A stretch of DNA of 64,000 bases from NCBI RefSeq assembly GCF_009914755.1, contig NC_060926.1; one strand, written 5' to 3'. Positions 1 through 16,916 of this stretch are shown here, piece after piece. A program made the translations under genes and the position numbers. The DNA comes from the human T2T-CHM13v2.0 reference genome, Homo sapiens. A model generated the notes under the pieces. That model was given only the letters and a program-made list of their open reading frames with translations. It ran no database searches and had not been told where the DNA came from. Within the stretch, counting starts at the first letter, position 1, and each line of letters starts with the position of its first letter.

Positions 1-754
1 ATGAGGTCAGTGAGTGTAAAATATTTTAAGAAATGTCTTCTACAATCATTAAAAATCCCTGACATGAGAGTTTGAAATGCTTATTGGTTACCTGAGATAG
101 ATCAAGTTCACATCGACTCTTTTATTTGGGGCTTGAAATATATTTTACTAGTCACAGTGCTAGAAAAGAACATTAAAGATATTTTAGTTAATTTATTCTT
201 TCCTACCATCTGCAGCATAAAGCTATTTTCAAAAACATATAGAATACTTTTACCATAGATGTAGTTTCCTTAAAGAATCTTGACAGTATTTTGTCAATAA
301 GTTAATTTAAAAAGTGGGGTTGATATTTCTCAAAATCATATCCTGTTTCAACCCTCCTGAGACAAATTGTCTCACCCCCAACCCAGCTTACAGTGTTAAT
401 CACTACATTCGCAATCGTATTTTGAATCCTTCTGTTGAAAACAAGGTAGTCTGTGTTACTTGTCAACAGAGGTTGCTTTTCTCCTCTTGGAAAGTCATTT
501 GGTTACCCAACGTATCCTTCTCATTAATTGGAAAGATCAGTTTCAGTCAGAACACTACTGATTCTTGGAGCTAGTCATGATGGTGACCAGAGGTGAGTGG
601 GGATAATTGATAGCTGTATTGGCCCAAATCCCCTTCTATGATACTAGAACATAGGTCCTTGAGCTTGCAGGCTTGATGGTTTCTTTGCTGAAGAGGTAGA
701 ACATTCTATATAACTTTATTATTCAAAGCAAAATTTATAATTGTCAGCAATTAA

Positions 755-1061
<307 letters not shown>

Positions 1062-1479
1062 ATGAATGGAGTTTAGAAGTTCAGTGATTATTTTATATCA
1101 AAAATTTGTACTTCCAGGGAAAAGGTTAAACTTTCTTCAGATTCTAGGAGGTTAGGAAACTCAACCTTGTATGGTATTCACTGGGTGTGCTCTATCCTAG
1201 TTCCCACAAATGTAAGATGTTATCATCTTAGGAGAGATTTGCCAAAACGTAAGTGTCTGGTCAGTACCAATGGTCAAGCATGAACCTCCAGATCTTGCAA
1301 ACATGTGTCCATTTCACTGGATTCCTTATATTTTATCCTCTATCCCATCTCTCATCTATGTTCCCCCAAGAGCTTCTTCTTATCAATCTCTTACCGCCAC
1401 TTCCCACAGCTATTATTATTTGTTTTCCTCTCTGTCTCTCTGCCAAGATTCTGAGTGCCTCCATGTTTCTCACTGTGTA

Positions 1480-1570
1480 CCCCTTAGCATGCAGAGGAAA
1501 GTCCTGACACAAGAGAGTTAGTAAAGTCTGAATGAGTGAGTGAGTGAATGCATGAATGAATGAAGGAATG
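1480..1570 (+). mobile_element. L2 3' end remnant with (TGAA)n tail
   Basis: gtctgaatgagtgagtgagtgaatgcatgaatgaatgaa is typical of an L2 terminus. Confidence 0.6.
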
Positions 1571-1741
1571 GAGTGTCCAGAGATGATAAAACCAGCTCAT
1601 TTTCCCTGAGGACCCAGAATAAAACTAATCTGAATATGTAGATAAATGTGGTGATAGGAAGGAGGTTAAACTAGGAAGCTAGGTATCTCATGGAGGAGTG
1701 AGTCAAGGAAACCAGCACAGTTATAGAAACAATTCACTGTC

Positions 1742-1881
1742 ATTTATTTATTATTTATTTATTTAGAAATGGGGTTCTGCCATGTTGCTCAGGCTGGTCT
1801 TGAACTCCAGAGCTTAAGTGATCCTCCTGCTTTGGCCTCCCAAAGTGCTGAGATTAGAGCTGTGAGCCACCGTACCTGGCC
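1742..1881 (-). mobile_element. FLAM / Alu left monomer
   Basis: Single left-arm monomer with an ATTT tail, flanked by a 13-bp target-site duplication (TSD) aacaattcactgt (1728-1740, 1883-1895). Confidence 0.9.
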
Positions 1882-2159
1882 TAACAATTCACTGTTAACT
1901 ACCTGGGCTTCTAATTTACTCAAAATCTCTGCCCTGAAAATCACATCTCATTAAAAAGTCCATCCTTCCTTGATGTGGATGAAATCTGGCCCTGCTACTT
2001 TCTGCCTCCCCGCTACTACCCCCACCATGTTCTGGGCCATCCCTGTACCCACCAAAAGCTCTGTTTGCTGCCCAGCCCACAGTCATGTTGCTTCCTTCTT
2101 TTGGTTCTTCACCTTCCTTAGACATCCTTCTTTCTGCTCTCCACCTACTAAATAATATT

Positions 2160-2320
2160 GCTGTAATAGCATCTTCTAGTAAAGGCTTAGTATGTTTCAG
2201 GCACCATGCTAAGGGCTTCACTGAAGTACTACATTTAATTCTCATAACAACCTGTGTCAAACTATTTTGATCCTCATTTCAAAGTTGAGGCATCTAAAGT
2301 TTCAAGAGGTTCAAAGTCAC
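2160..2320 (-). mobile_element. MIR remnant
   Basis: caggcaccatgctaagggcttc...atttaattctcataacaacc...ctcatttc matches the antisense MIR core. Confidence 0.7.
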
Positions 2321-2829
2321 GCGCCTTATTCATCCTTCTCCAACTGAATTCAGGTGGCATTTCCTATGGGAAGCCACTTTGACTCACAGGACCCAGGTAG
2401 GCATCTTCCTGGGGCTGCAGGGCACACATGTCACCGTCAGACTGTTATCTGTATGTGCCTTGGAACTTTGTATTTCTTGAGGATAGAATCATGCTTTATG
2501 AATCATAATCTTGGGGCCAAGAACAGTGGTACTTGGCAAGGGCTCAATATAATTTGTTTTGTTTTGTGTTTTGTTTTTTATTACTTGTTTAAATAATAAC
2601 TAACTCTTGGTCCTTGACTCATGGTCTTCCTCTCCACGCTGAGTCCGTCCTTCTGGACAATACGTTCAACACTAACATGCTTCAACTGTGTTCTCACACC
2701 ACCAATCTCCAAGCCAGGATCAGGCAACCCATGTGCTTTTTCTGCTTGTACTTTCCAGATGACAAACAGTACTAACAAAAGCCTCTTTTTAAGCCTCTTT
2801 CCTAGTCTAGATCCACACACCAACGGGCA

Positions 2830-3050
2830 CATGGCAGAAGTGGTTAACAGCACAGCCCCAGAGTCACACTGCCCAAGTTCGTATCCCTGCCCCGCCTTAC
2901 AGGGCATTGGGAAAATCTGTGTCATTGGGAAAATCATTACCCTCTCAGAGTCTCCAAGCCCACATTGAAAGAGAGGGGATCATGAAATGACCTACCACAT
3001 AAGAATGGCATGAGGATTAACTGAGTCATTAAATGAGGCATCTATACAGC
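2830..3050 (+). mobile_element. MIR remnant
   Basis: gtggttaacagcacagccccagagtcacactgcccaagttcgtatcc...tgaggattaactgag. Confidence 0.7.
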
Positions 3051-3089
3051 TTATATAGACTCATACACGTGTGTGCCTATGTGTGTGTA

Positions 3090-4028
3090 TGTAGTTGATT
3101 TTCATTATTTGTGGTAGTAGCAGTCACGTTTTCATCAATCAATACAAAATTTTGTTTTATACACTTAAAAAATATATATCGTTCATTCATTTTGCATTAA
3201 ACTCACAGCCAACAGCACCATAACTTATGCTGAATGAGGCTCATTTAATACACATATTTTCTCCACAGGGTGCATCACAGCCATCTCACACAGGAACACT
3301 GGAAAGCACCTCAGCACTACCATTGAGGGCCATTTTAAACAGCAAAATCTCCATCAGAAAGCCCTCAGATTGGAAAAATGTGTTACTACATAGATTGTGA
3401 AAAGGGCACCTATTCAGGGAGCTGAAACAAGACCATCGTCTTGTTCAGCCTCAGCTGAGGACATACACATTGTGCAACTCCAATTTTTTGCCATTCTGTG
3501 TATGTCTACAAATGAATTTAAAAGCACCAAGAGAATTGATTTGGGAGTGTTCATTAAGTCTAGCCTAAAGCTGCCACCTTATATATTTTAAGGTTACCCT
3601 AAAGGTTTCTCTGTGTATAGTGAACTCTCACCTAACTGGACGTGTAAACAGACTATCACCTAATCTTGCAATAGCTGGCTGAGTCTCAGCCAATCACAGC
3701 AATCATACTTCAACCACTCATAGGCAGTCAGCTGTTCACATCATGTTGAAGTGAGGCAAACGCTGCTAAGCTGTAACCAATCCAGCTGTTTTTGTATCTC
3801 GCTTCCATTTTCTGAACATCACTTTCTTATTTCTGTTCATAGATCCTCTCTGACCACACAGTAGCATGGGTCCTCTCTGAACCTTTTCTGCCCATTTCGT
3901 GACTCCTTTGCTCAATTAAACTCTGTTAAATTTAATTTGCCTAAAGCTTTTCTTTTAACAGGAGTTACAAATCAATTTTAGCAAGTAGGCAAATTTGCAA
4001 AAATCTAATTCTCAATGAGGATTGACCC
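3090..4028. mobile_element. MER82-like TcMar-Tigger DNA element, interrupted by an LTR
   Basis: Terminal inverted repeat (TIR)-like ends gtagttgattttcattatt / aatgaggattgacc; ttacaaatcaattttagcaagtaggcaaatttgc resembles the recalled MER82 end; the element continues across the LTR at 3548-3960. Confidence 0.65.
3548..3960 (+). mobile_element. Solo ERV1 LTR, MER57-like
   Basis: TG...CA termini (tgttcattaag...cttttaaca), 4-bp TSD GGAG (3544-3547, 3961-3964), CCAAT boxes and ATTAAA; the start resembles MER57 (tagcctaaagctgcc). Confidence 0.85.
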
Positions 4029-4123
4029 TATACCCATGCATATATTACCAGGTACTTTCTGAGCAGGAGGATCTCTGCAATTCTGGTTCCAGCCCCTTCT
4101 TCCACCTTTGCCCTCGCCACCTC

Positions 4124-4401
4124 TTTTTTGTTTTGTTTTTGAAACAAGTTCTCACTCTGTTGCCCAGGCTGGAGTAGAGTGGCACAAACACGGCTCACTG
4201 TAGCCTTGAACTCCTGGGTCCAAGCAACCCTACCGCCTCAGCCTCTGGAGTAGCTGGGACCACAGGTGTATGCTACCATGCCTGGATAACTTTTTTGTAG
4301 AGACAGGGTCTCACTGTGTTGCCTTGAACTCCTGGGCTCAAGTGATCCTAGCACCTTAGCCTCCCAAAGCTCTGCAATTACAGGAGCCACCACATCTGGC
4401 C
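4124..4401 (-). mobile_element. AluJ-type SINE
   Basis: T-rich tail then a diverged antisense Alu dimer ending ...ccacatctggcc. Confidence 0.9.
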
Positions 4402-4559
4402 TGCACCCACCACTTCTTGCAGCACCTGGTTCTATCAGCCATCCCTGTCCTCCAACTCCAGTACTTTAAACATGCTCAAACTTTTCCCATGTGAAAAAAA
4501 AAGAGAGAAGGAATTACACATGCACTTCCTCACTCTTACATCCTCATTTCTCTCCTCTC

Positions 4560-5080
4560 CTCTTTATTGAAAGTCCTCAACAGAACGTTCTTCTCTCACT
4601 AACTCTGGTTCTTCACCTTTCACCCCTACTTCAAACCATCATGAACCAGCATGTGCAGCAGCCACAATACTGAAACTGCTCTTCCTAGGACCACCAGCCA
4701 CCTCCTCACTGCCCAGTTCAATACCTGCTTTCTCATGCTGACTTTTCTGGACAGTTTCCCCGCATTTGACATTTCAGGTCACTCCCCACCTTAGAGACTC
4801 ATGGAATCCATCAGATCCTACTACACACTGCTGCCTCACACTTCTCGGGGTGTATTTTTGCTGTCATCTCCCTGGATTGCACTTCTCTTCCTGCCTCTGA
4901 GATGTCATTGCCCGGAGGCCTGTAACTCCTTCTTGCTTAAATGTTCTCCATGATTTCCAGTGTCCGGATGGTGCCCATATGTGCATCTGCAAACTCATCA
5001 CAAGTTTACTCTCTTCCTTGCCTGGGCTGATTTCTCCTCTGACTTCAACTCCTCACCTGTCCAATACCTAAACAGATGTA
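4560..5080 (+). mobile_element. L2 body remnant
   Basis: tactgaaactgctcttcctaggaccaccagccacctcc...gcatttgacat...ggtcactcccc resembles the L2 ORF2 region; a matching L2 3' end lies near 5650-5755. Confidence 0.6.
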
Positions 5081-5093
5081 AGACTCAGCCTGG

Positions 5094-5555
5094 TGTTGTA
5101 TAAGATTTAAAACTTCTTTCAATGCCAAGATACAACACAAAGACACTCAGAGGTGAGAGACAGAACTTGTTACCTACAGCTCCAAATCAGAGCAGGCTGT
5201 CGGCAGAGCCACACAGGGGCTTGAAACAGGGCAGGGTAAGAGCAAGCTGGGGCTGTCAGAGATAGCTTATGTATGGCAAGCGAGGTGGGCTTAGCTGGGT
5301 TTCCAGGCTGCTTGTGGGTTCACTAACTTGAATACTTTATCAGGTTCCTAGGCATTGAATCTGTCCCTAGTTGTCTGGCACCTAGCCCCAGGGAGATAAA
5401 CGTGGGTGCACAGGAGCCCCAGAGGGTGAGAGCCCAACAAGAAAGGTGGTCGAGGTATGGACTTAATCAGATGCCAAGAAGGAACTGATCAGCCTCTAGT
5501 CAGGGCCTCAAAGCTGGGTCAAGACAGCATTACAAAAAACAACTGTCTTACAACA
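5094..5555 (-). mobile_element. Solo LTR, LTR47-like (ERVL)
   Basis: Inverted termini tgttgtataag...cttacaaca, ~460 bp; the end resembles the recalled LTR47 consensus; TSD not preserved. Confidence 0.65.
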
Positions 5556-6593
5556 GGCATCACTGCTCCAGTGTGACTGAGAATTTCCCGGAGATCCAGT
5601 GTCCCTTTCCTAGGCACTGAATTACACTTGTCCACTTAGGCTTCTGTCTCCCTTACTTGGTTGATAGCTGCGATGGCAAGAATTGTGTCTTGTTCATCTT
5701 TGTACTCCAGAACCCAGCACAAAGAAAGTGCTTAATAGTTTCCAAATGGATTAATAAAAGGTGAAAAATAGAGAATCAAAATCTTAGAATCTAGAATCAC
5801 CTAGATCTTAGAAAAGAAGCACCTATGTTTAAAAATATGATCTTCTTGGAAAAAAATATCAATATACAGAAAATGCAAGAAACAAGCACGGCTCTAAAGT
5901 GAAACTTGGTGTCTAAGTGAACTAGGTATTAAGTTGCTATGGGAAAAAATTAATTCATTTGAGGAAAGATGAGAAGGGTATAACGGAGATTAATTAAAAT
6001 TTAGTTTATCAGATTTTTCTCAGGAGATTGGCAATTTAGTCAGAGGAAAATCTTATTTAAGTGCATAAGTATATTTCAGCTTATAAGTGGGATGCATGGT
6101 AAAATGAAAACAGAATATCAGTGTATGTTAAGTAGTTACCATTTTAGAATTTGAAATCCTCTAGAATTCTAAGACTAGAAAATAAAAGTCTCAGGGTAAA
6201 AGTTTGCAGCTATCTCCGTCTGATGAATACTTAAAATACCAGATGCATGGAGTCACTGATGGCTTTCATGTCCCTAAAGCTGACAGACTCTAGTTGGTAT
6301 TCATCTCATCTGTGAAAACCCATGGGATTGCTCCATCCGGGAAGTTTTCTATTCTCTTGGCTTCTTTACATCAGTCTCTCTTGGATTTCCTCCTGTTCTC
6401 TGGCTGATTTTGTTTTGGTTTAGGTATCATTTTCTGGCCCCTCCTCCTCTACCTAGCCTTTAAATTCCAAAGGAATCCATCCTGGTCCTCATTCCTTTCT
6501 TGATCTACATCCTCCCTCAGATAGCTTACCTACTCTCCTGGCTTTAATGCAAATTCTCTGTGCCATCAACTCCCAGTTTCATGTCTGTGTTCC

Positions 6594-8070
<1,477 letters not shown>

Positions 8071-8961
8071 TCTAGGGAAATAAGGGAAAAGTGAAGAGAG
8101 CATACATAAATTTACCTATGGGAGAGAGTAGTGTGTGTACAGTTTTTATTTGTCAATTTAAAATTAAAATAAAATTAAAACTCTAGGGAAATAAGGGCAA
8201 AGTGAAGACAGCATACGTAAATTTACCTATGGGACAGAGTAGTGTGCTAAGGTCACCTGTCACCTCGGTCCTAGCTGTCCCATTCCCCAGAAATGAGAAA
8301 ATGAGGTCTGATACTCACCTATAAATTTCTGAAGTTTAGCTTTGGGAACTAGTAAGTCGTAAGGGGTTGATGAATAGTAGCTACATATGAAATCATCAAT
8401 TGGATAAAATTTTTCCCTGGTAATCCTACTGTCTCTGAGATCCCAGGGTCATTATGAGTGACTAACAATGATCTTGGGTGATGACTGGAAGGGGAAGCAG
8501 AGTTTGGATGAAAGAAGGTTGCTTTGTGAAGTGCTATGGGTAACAAGGATGTGATGAAGTAAATGCTTGAAAATATATTTAATGTGCTCTTTTCTAAGCA
8601 GGAAGCAAAAGGACTATCAGGTAAATGGCCTTAGTATTTTGGGTCAAAGCAAGAAAAATATGCTCTGGTGTAAATTATAACAATAACAGAAACCAGCATT
8701 TGTTGGCATTTCCTCTATCCTGGCACCACCATGTGCACTTTATGAGTGTTGGCCTATTAATCAAACCACTGTGTGATGGAAGCTGTGACCACCAGAGATC
8801 CCCTCTTATCATGCTGGTTATGGACAAGAAGCTGAGCAAGAAATTAGAAAGCCAAAAACAAACTTCTAATCCCAACTCCAGAAGGCTGTCGGTGACTTTG
8901 AATGTATCAGGCAATTTGTCTCTTAGCTTCACTTCTCTTTGTAATTAGAACTCTACAATGC

Positions 8962-9260
8962 AGACAGGCATGGTGGCTCACACCTGTAATCCCAGCACTT
9001 TGGGAGGCTGAGGCAGGAGATTCGCTTGAGGTCAGAAGTTTGAGATCAGCCTGGGCAACATATTGAGATTCTGTCTCTACAAAAAAATAATAAAATTAGC
9101 TGGGCATGGTGGTGCATGCCTGTAGTCCCAGCTACTCCAAGATTGAGGTGGGAGGATCACTTAAATCCAGGAGTTAGAGGCTGCAGCGAACTCTGATTGC
9201 ACCACTGCATTCCAACCTGAGCAACAGAATGAGACCCTGTCTCTAAAAGAAGGAAAAGAA
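8962..9260 (+). mobile_element. AluJ-type SINE
   Basis: Dimer with gaggatcacttaaatccaggagttagaggctgcag (J diagnostics) and an A-rich tail. Confidence 0.92.
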
Positions 9261-9622
9261 TTACATAATGACAAGTTTTAGGTTTCTTGATGGAAACACA
9301 AGAGGAGAGAATAGTGACATTCACCTGGGAACTGAACTTTATTCCCTGCAAAAATATCAAAATACCCTAAAATGCATGAATCCTAGAGAATCAATAGGAT
9401 GTCATTTAGGGGAAAAGAGGGCTAGTGTTTACTTGTTAGGAAACCTAAACTGAAGCTTGGCCAAAGCTAATTGTGGCTCGTGACTTCTGTGTGTTTTGTT
9501 GGGGGCTGTGGGGTAGAGGGAAGGAAAGAAAGGTTGCTCCAGGGAGAACAAACACCACAATAAGTGGCGACCGGGTCTTCTAGAATTTGAGGCTGAATTC
9601 TTTGGTTACAGTAGAGATTCTC

Positions 9623-9625
<3 letters not shown>

Positions 9626-9663
<38 letters not shown>
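9626..9663 (+). repeat. (A)38 homopolymer
   Basis: 38 uninterrupted A residues with no SINE/LINE body upstream. Confidence 0.97.
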
Positions 9664-9666
<3 letters not shown>

Positions 9667-12042
9667 CTTGACATTGGAAATTGAAGCTTTTAAAAGCTGT
9701 TATTACCCAGCTTTCACTATAAAGGGAATTCTCAATCAGGAATCTTTGCTTGCAGACCATAAACGTACTTCCTTGCCCTGTCCTAAACCCTACCCAGCAG
9801 TGGGAGGTTTCTGTGTGTCTTGCCTTCTGCAGATCAAACAGACAATTCCAAATGACTGGCCATACTACCTTGAAGCATTTCACTAGTCCATCTGTCAATC
9901 AGAAAGCATTTATTGAATGTAAACTACATACGCTACATAAACAATCTCCAACACTACCAGGCCCTAGAACATGTAAGATGCATGTATATTCAGTGATGAA
10001 TTTCTTTCTTTAGCTTGAAACTAAAAAGGAGATCCCGATTTGGATTTTATAGCTCAGACATTTCCCTTCACATCTCTAAAATGTACCCCCAAAATGATAT
10101 TTTGAGCACTTCACAGAAAGGGTGCCAAATATATCAAGGCAGTGGAGAAAGATTTTTTTTTTTACATAAACTCAACCTAGGGAATATACCACAAATAATC
10201 CTGTCATGATCATTAAACAAACTTTGAAAACGAATAACAACAATGTACTCTTACACTAATTAAGACCTAAATGGAGATGATTTGTTGTGGATACTGGACT
10301 ACATTTTAAAATAATTTCCTCTATTGTACTTACTCCATTTTAATGGAAAGATAAGAATTTTGTTTGCATTCATACATTAATAGACTCAACAAATATTTAC
10401 TGAGTGGCTGTTATGTGTCCAGCCCTGAGCTGGGCATTGTAGGAACAGTAAAATAATGCTTTTCAACTGCTCTCCTCCCACTTATATGATTTAGAAATAG
10501 TCACTTGTTTAATCTTCTCATCTATTTATTTCCCAAGAAAATGGTTCTTTTGCATAGTAACTTTTAATACAATATGTGTCAAGATAAAAAGCAGCATGCA
10601 ATTATCCAATTTTCATCCACTTAAATTTTAATGACCATACTTACTTGCCCATCCAATTTCGAAACTTTTAGTAGCAGTTTGAGACCGGATATTCTCCCAG
10701 ATTTAGTTCCACATGGCCAATGTCTGTTGGACCATGAATTATTTTTCAGTATGCAGTTTTTTGGTCAAAACAACCTTCCTTTTAAAGTGCGAATATTCAG
10801 AATAATTAATAACGTCCCATTTAAACTGCCAATATTCAGAATAATAATTAATCATGTGGTCTATGATTTTATATTTAGAGAGTGACACCCATATACAGTT
10901 CTTGAATGTTTTACTCCATATTATGCCTCAGGAACATGGCAAAATGAAGGGCTGGATGATTTCTATCACACATTTGGCTAAAAAAGCAGGAAAAATTAAG
11001 CAATAATCTCGGACCTTGAATATTCAAGCAGCCAGACCTGGAGCCCAGCAGATCCCTGGTAGCCTAACCTGAGAATGCAGAAACACAGCTGAGCAGGTCA
11101 CAATTTCCTTCTCTCAGGTGTGCTTTGAAAAATATATCCATGTCACTGTTTAAATCACTTTTTACAGGGGAAAGATTGTGATTTAGGCTATTTCCACGCA
11201 TAATCACTTAGATATGTACTTAGTACAGGTGGTTTCAGTATGGTGCTATGCAAAGAGTGGTATTCGCTCTGACTCCAGGCAGGAGATGTCACCTCCACTG
11301 GCTTGCCTGCCAAGCTGTGTCTCCGACTGCCTTGAGGCCAATTAGATCAGCACATATTAATACCCTCAAAATCCAACTTTCTCTGTTTACATACATGGAC
11401 GTGTTTATTACTTGCCACCAGAATTCAGTGAAGAAACCATAATCATAAATACAGCTCCCTAAAGGCAACATAGATCGACTGAAAAAAATTACTAATAGTC
11501 GCTAATAATTAAATTATTATAAGTTTATATTCATCACATAAATGACTTTGAAGGAAAGAAAATATGGCAAGGGCAGAAAATGTAAACCTGGATATGCAAA
11601 GCATCAAAACAGATGCCTTGTAAAGACTGTAACTTACCCGCCGTGTGACTTTGACTCCATTGCTGTCAATTTCCTTTGCACATGTTCTTGCTCTTCTGAG
11701 AAGGATGCTAGGCACAGTCTGGGTACCTCTTAGCCTCTCACATAGAGAAGATCTGCATCTTTTTCTTTTTTTAAAAAAAATTGTAAATGAGTTAAATTCA
11801 TCTATTCAATGACAGTCTAAGATTGGGTTAAAAACAGGTTATTTACAAGAGACATGTCTGAAAAGAGAAGAGTTCCCTCTTTACTCATTCTTTCAAGCCT
11901 AAGGGGTTACCTGCAGCCCTCACACTGCAGACAACCCCTTGTCTTCTCAATGCTTCATTGGTACGTGACTATACCCCCTTATTCATACCACACATTGTTG
12001 GCAGTGGATTATTTATAAAAAATAAAGCCTCAAAATTGTTTT

Positions 12043-14195
12043 AGGCACCAAGATTTTTATTTACTCACCTTCCTGCTTTCTTTAAGGTTATAAACATTAT
12101 ATAAATATTATAAATCAGATTACTCTATTTTGGACCCAGGGTTGTGATAGGAACCCTCTTGTTACAAAATGATGGCAGATATATGCTGGCTTTGTGTTTT
12201 TCTGGCCCCTTTCAACCTCTGGCTGTCCCTTCTCTGTCCTTTTTCAGTTGTCCTTTAGTGGTCTAGTCTAACCCCTGTAAAACAGAGACTAAAAGTACCA
12301 ACCTCATTGTTATGAGGTTTAAGAGAAGGCCCAGCACCAAGCCAGGCTCTCAGGAAAACTCAAACAGTTCCTCCTTGCCTTTGAATATAGCGCCTTCCAT
12401 CTGTCATGGGCTGAGGAACCACTGAACCAAGCACACGGGTATAAATCCACAGGCCAGGTGAAGGCCTAAGTGGTAAGGTACATGGGCTTTGTAACTCCAC
12501 TACCAACTTCCGGGCTTAGGAAGGACTGACTTAGTGAGCAGTTCCAAGACCACTGAGCTCACGGTTCCCTGTGGCTGTCTCCCTTGTACCTCCATCCTGA
12601 CCAGGGCTTGAGGAAGGGCCTTTCGATTCCCCCTTGCCACACTTGCAACAGTATGAGGGGTGCAGCAGAGGCCAAAAACTGAGGGACTAGCACCAGGGAG
12701 TCTATGGCAGACACTGACAAACCAATCGCAAAGTTGGTGCCATTTGCTCTTACAGAGGAGAGGCGGGGCCTGGGAAGGACAGCAGCTGGAAGGTGAAGGG
12801 CAGGCATGGCTCTCAGTAGCGGTTGTGATCTGGCTTGAAGGGGTTGTCTTAGGACATACCCAGGTACTGAGCCTGCTTCTTGGTCAACTTGTGAGTTTCA
12901 TATTCAGCTTGCCCAGGTGGGATTCAGCCACAGCCTCATCCAGCTTCTTGGGCAACAAGTGAATCCCACCAGGGTACTTGTCTGGGTGGGTCCACAGCTC
13001 AATCTGCACCGTCGCCTGGTTGGTAAAGGAGTCACTCATCACAAAGCCGAGGTGGCCCATGGAACAGCCCAGGATTACCAGCAGACCCTCAACCAGCAGG
13101 ATGGTGCCGTGCTGCTCTTCAGCCAGTCCTGGCCAGCTGGGGCTTGATGGTCACCTTCTCCACAGTGTTCGCGTTGAGCCACTTGGCATTGATCTCCACA
13201 TCAAAGGGTTACACATGATAGCATCATCCTTCATCTGCTCAAAGTGCTGGCCAAGGATGATGTCAACACAGCCTGTGGCAGTGACAAAGATGTTGCCCTC
13301 CTGACAGGCCTCATCTACCACAGTCACCTCATAGCCCCCCATGGCAGTCTGTAGCAGGTTGATGGGGCCGATCTTGGTGATGACGAAGGGGTCCCCAAAA
13401 TCCCACAGGGCCTGGGCACAGCCCTTGCCCATGTCGCCATAGCCTGCCACCATGGCTACCTTGCCGACAATCATCACATCCGTATCCCTCTTGATGCCAT
13501 CTATGAGGGACTCCCGGCAGCCTTAGAGGCTGTGAAACTTGCTCTTGGTGATGGAGTTGTTGACGGCAGGTACCTTCAGGATCCCCTTGGCCATCATCTT
13601 ATGTAGGTTGTGGACCCTAGTGGTGGTCTCCTCAGAGATGCCTTGGATGCCCAGTAAGAGCTGTGGGTACTTGGTGTGGATGTGGTTGGTGAGGTCACTA
13701 CCATCATCCAGAATCATGTTGAGGGGCACGTCTTTGAAGTAGTGAATGTTGGATGCATGACAGTTACCCCTTGCTTGTTTCACCCTTCCAGGCATGCACT
13801 GGAATGACAGCCTTGGCAATGGCAGCCATCACCTGGTCCTGGTGGAGAAGATGTTGCAGCTGGAACACTGTACCTCAGCATCCAGGGAGACAACGGGTCT
13901 CAGTGAGGATGTCTCTCTCCACGGTCACATACGGCCAGCCAGAGATATGGGTGCCCTTCAGTGGCTTGGAGCCCAAGTACAGCTCCCACACACTCATCAG
14001 ACCCAGCATCTCATTCTCCGCAATATCCAGGCCCTTGTGTCCCCAGGAGGCCAGGTCGATGTCAGCAACTTTATAGGACAGTTTGTCAGACATGCTGGCA
14101 ACGCTTCCACAAAGTGTGATGGACACGGAGAAAGGGGGCTGGGCCTCAGAGAGGGGACAGGCATGGGGCAGGTGGCACTGAGCAGGGCAGATCTG
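12043..14195 (-). pseudogene. AHCY: Processed pseudogene of adenosylhomocysteinase (S-adenosylhomocysteine hydrolase); the symbol given is the parent gene
   Basis: Intronless homology to AHCY from the ATG at 14093 ([20 protein letters not shown]...) through [20 protein letters not shown], the NAD-binding [15 protein letters not shown] and ..DHNRY* (stop at 12813-12815). It is spread over several frames, with frameshifts and a premature TAA at 13523-13525. It continues into a presumed 3' UTR with AATAAA at 12056-12061 (minus strand) and a short 5' UTR. Confidence 0.96.
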
Positions 14196-14254
14196 CATTT
14201 TCTAGTCCTTATCAGCTTCTGACCTGGCTGCTCATGTTTAATGCAACAACATTG

Positions 14255-14630
14255 TTTTCATCAGGCTAAGCTAGATTTTGCTGCAGTGACAGGTCACTCA
14301 AAAATCTGTGTGGCTTTTCACACACACAAAATATGTTTCCCACTCACACCACATATTCAACACAAAGAACACAGGGAGGCTTGGCTCATCCTAAACACAT
14401 GAAGACCTGGCCTAACGGAGGCTCCATTTGGATATATTCTTCCACAGTCTCTAGAGATGAACATGGGAATCAAGTAAACGACACTCAAGCTCTTAAAGCT
14501 TCCCTCCCAATATAAAATAATTACTGGCTAAAGCATGGCCTTACCTAACTCCAAGAAGGTAAGGAAATGCAATTCTACCAAGTGCCTAACAGGAAAATAA
14601 AAATATCTGATAAATGGTACTGATGATTTC
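14255..14630 (-). mobile_element. Old MaLR LTR (MLT1J/K-like)
   Basis: tcaggctaagctagattttgctgcagtgac...aaaatctgtgtggctt...gctcttaaagcttcc resembles antisense MLT1. Confidence 0.65.
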
Positions 14631-14956
14631 CTAAAGTACATCCACAAAATAAGGAGCTGACATTTTTTATTTTGAGCTGGAATATACTCCAAGACTCTGA
14701 ACTGACAAATGATAAAAAATATAATATATACGGCCAGACACTGTCCCCTGTTTGTTAAGCAGTGGCAGAACCACCCCTGCTACCATTCCAGTGACCATCC
14801 CCTGCTTCCCAGTTTATATAAGAGGATTACAGAGTAAAGAAGGATGGAAGGGCTCTTGGATCCTCATAGATCTGCAGTGTCAGGAATGAAAAGGGGTCTC
14901 CCTCTCTTCTCCATAATCAAATAAATGGGGCTTTATGAGACCCTGTGGTTTGATGA

Positions 14957-16560
<1,604 letters not shown>

Positions 16561-16628
16561 AGAATCAGAAAAAAAAATTAAACCTTTCCTTTATAAATTA
16601 AAAAAAAAAAGAAAAGAAAATGCAAGTC

Positions 16629-16916
<288 letters not shown>

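Noticed and set aside
12559-14222. Cluster of overlapping ORFs as an intact metabolic gene or antisense gene
   Set aside because: Minus-strand ORFs are broken AHCY fragments with stops and frameshifts; plus-strand ORFs are antisense shadows of a GC-rich former CDS.
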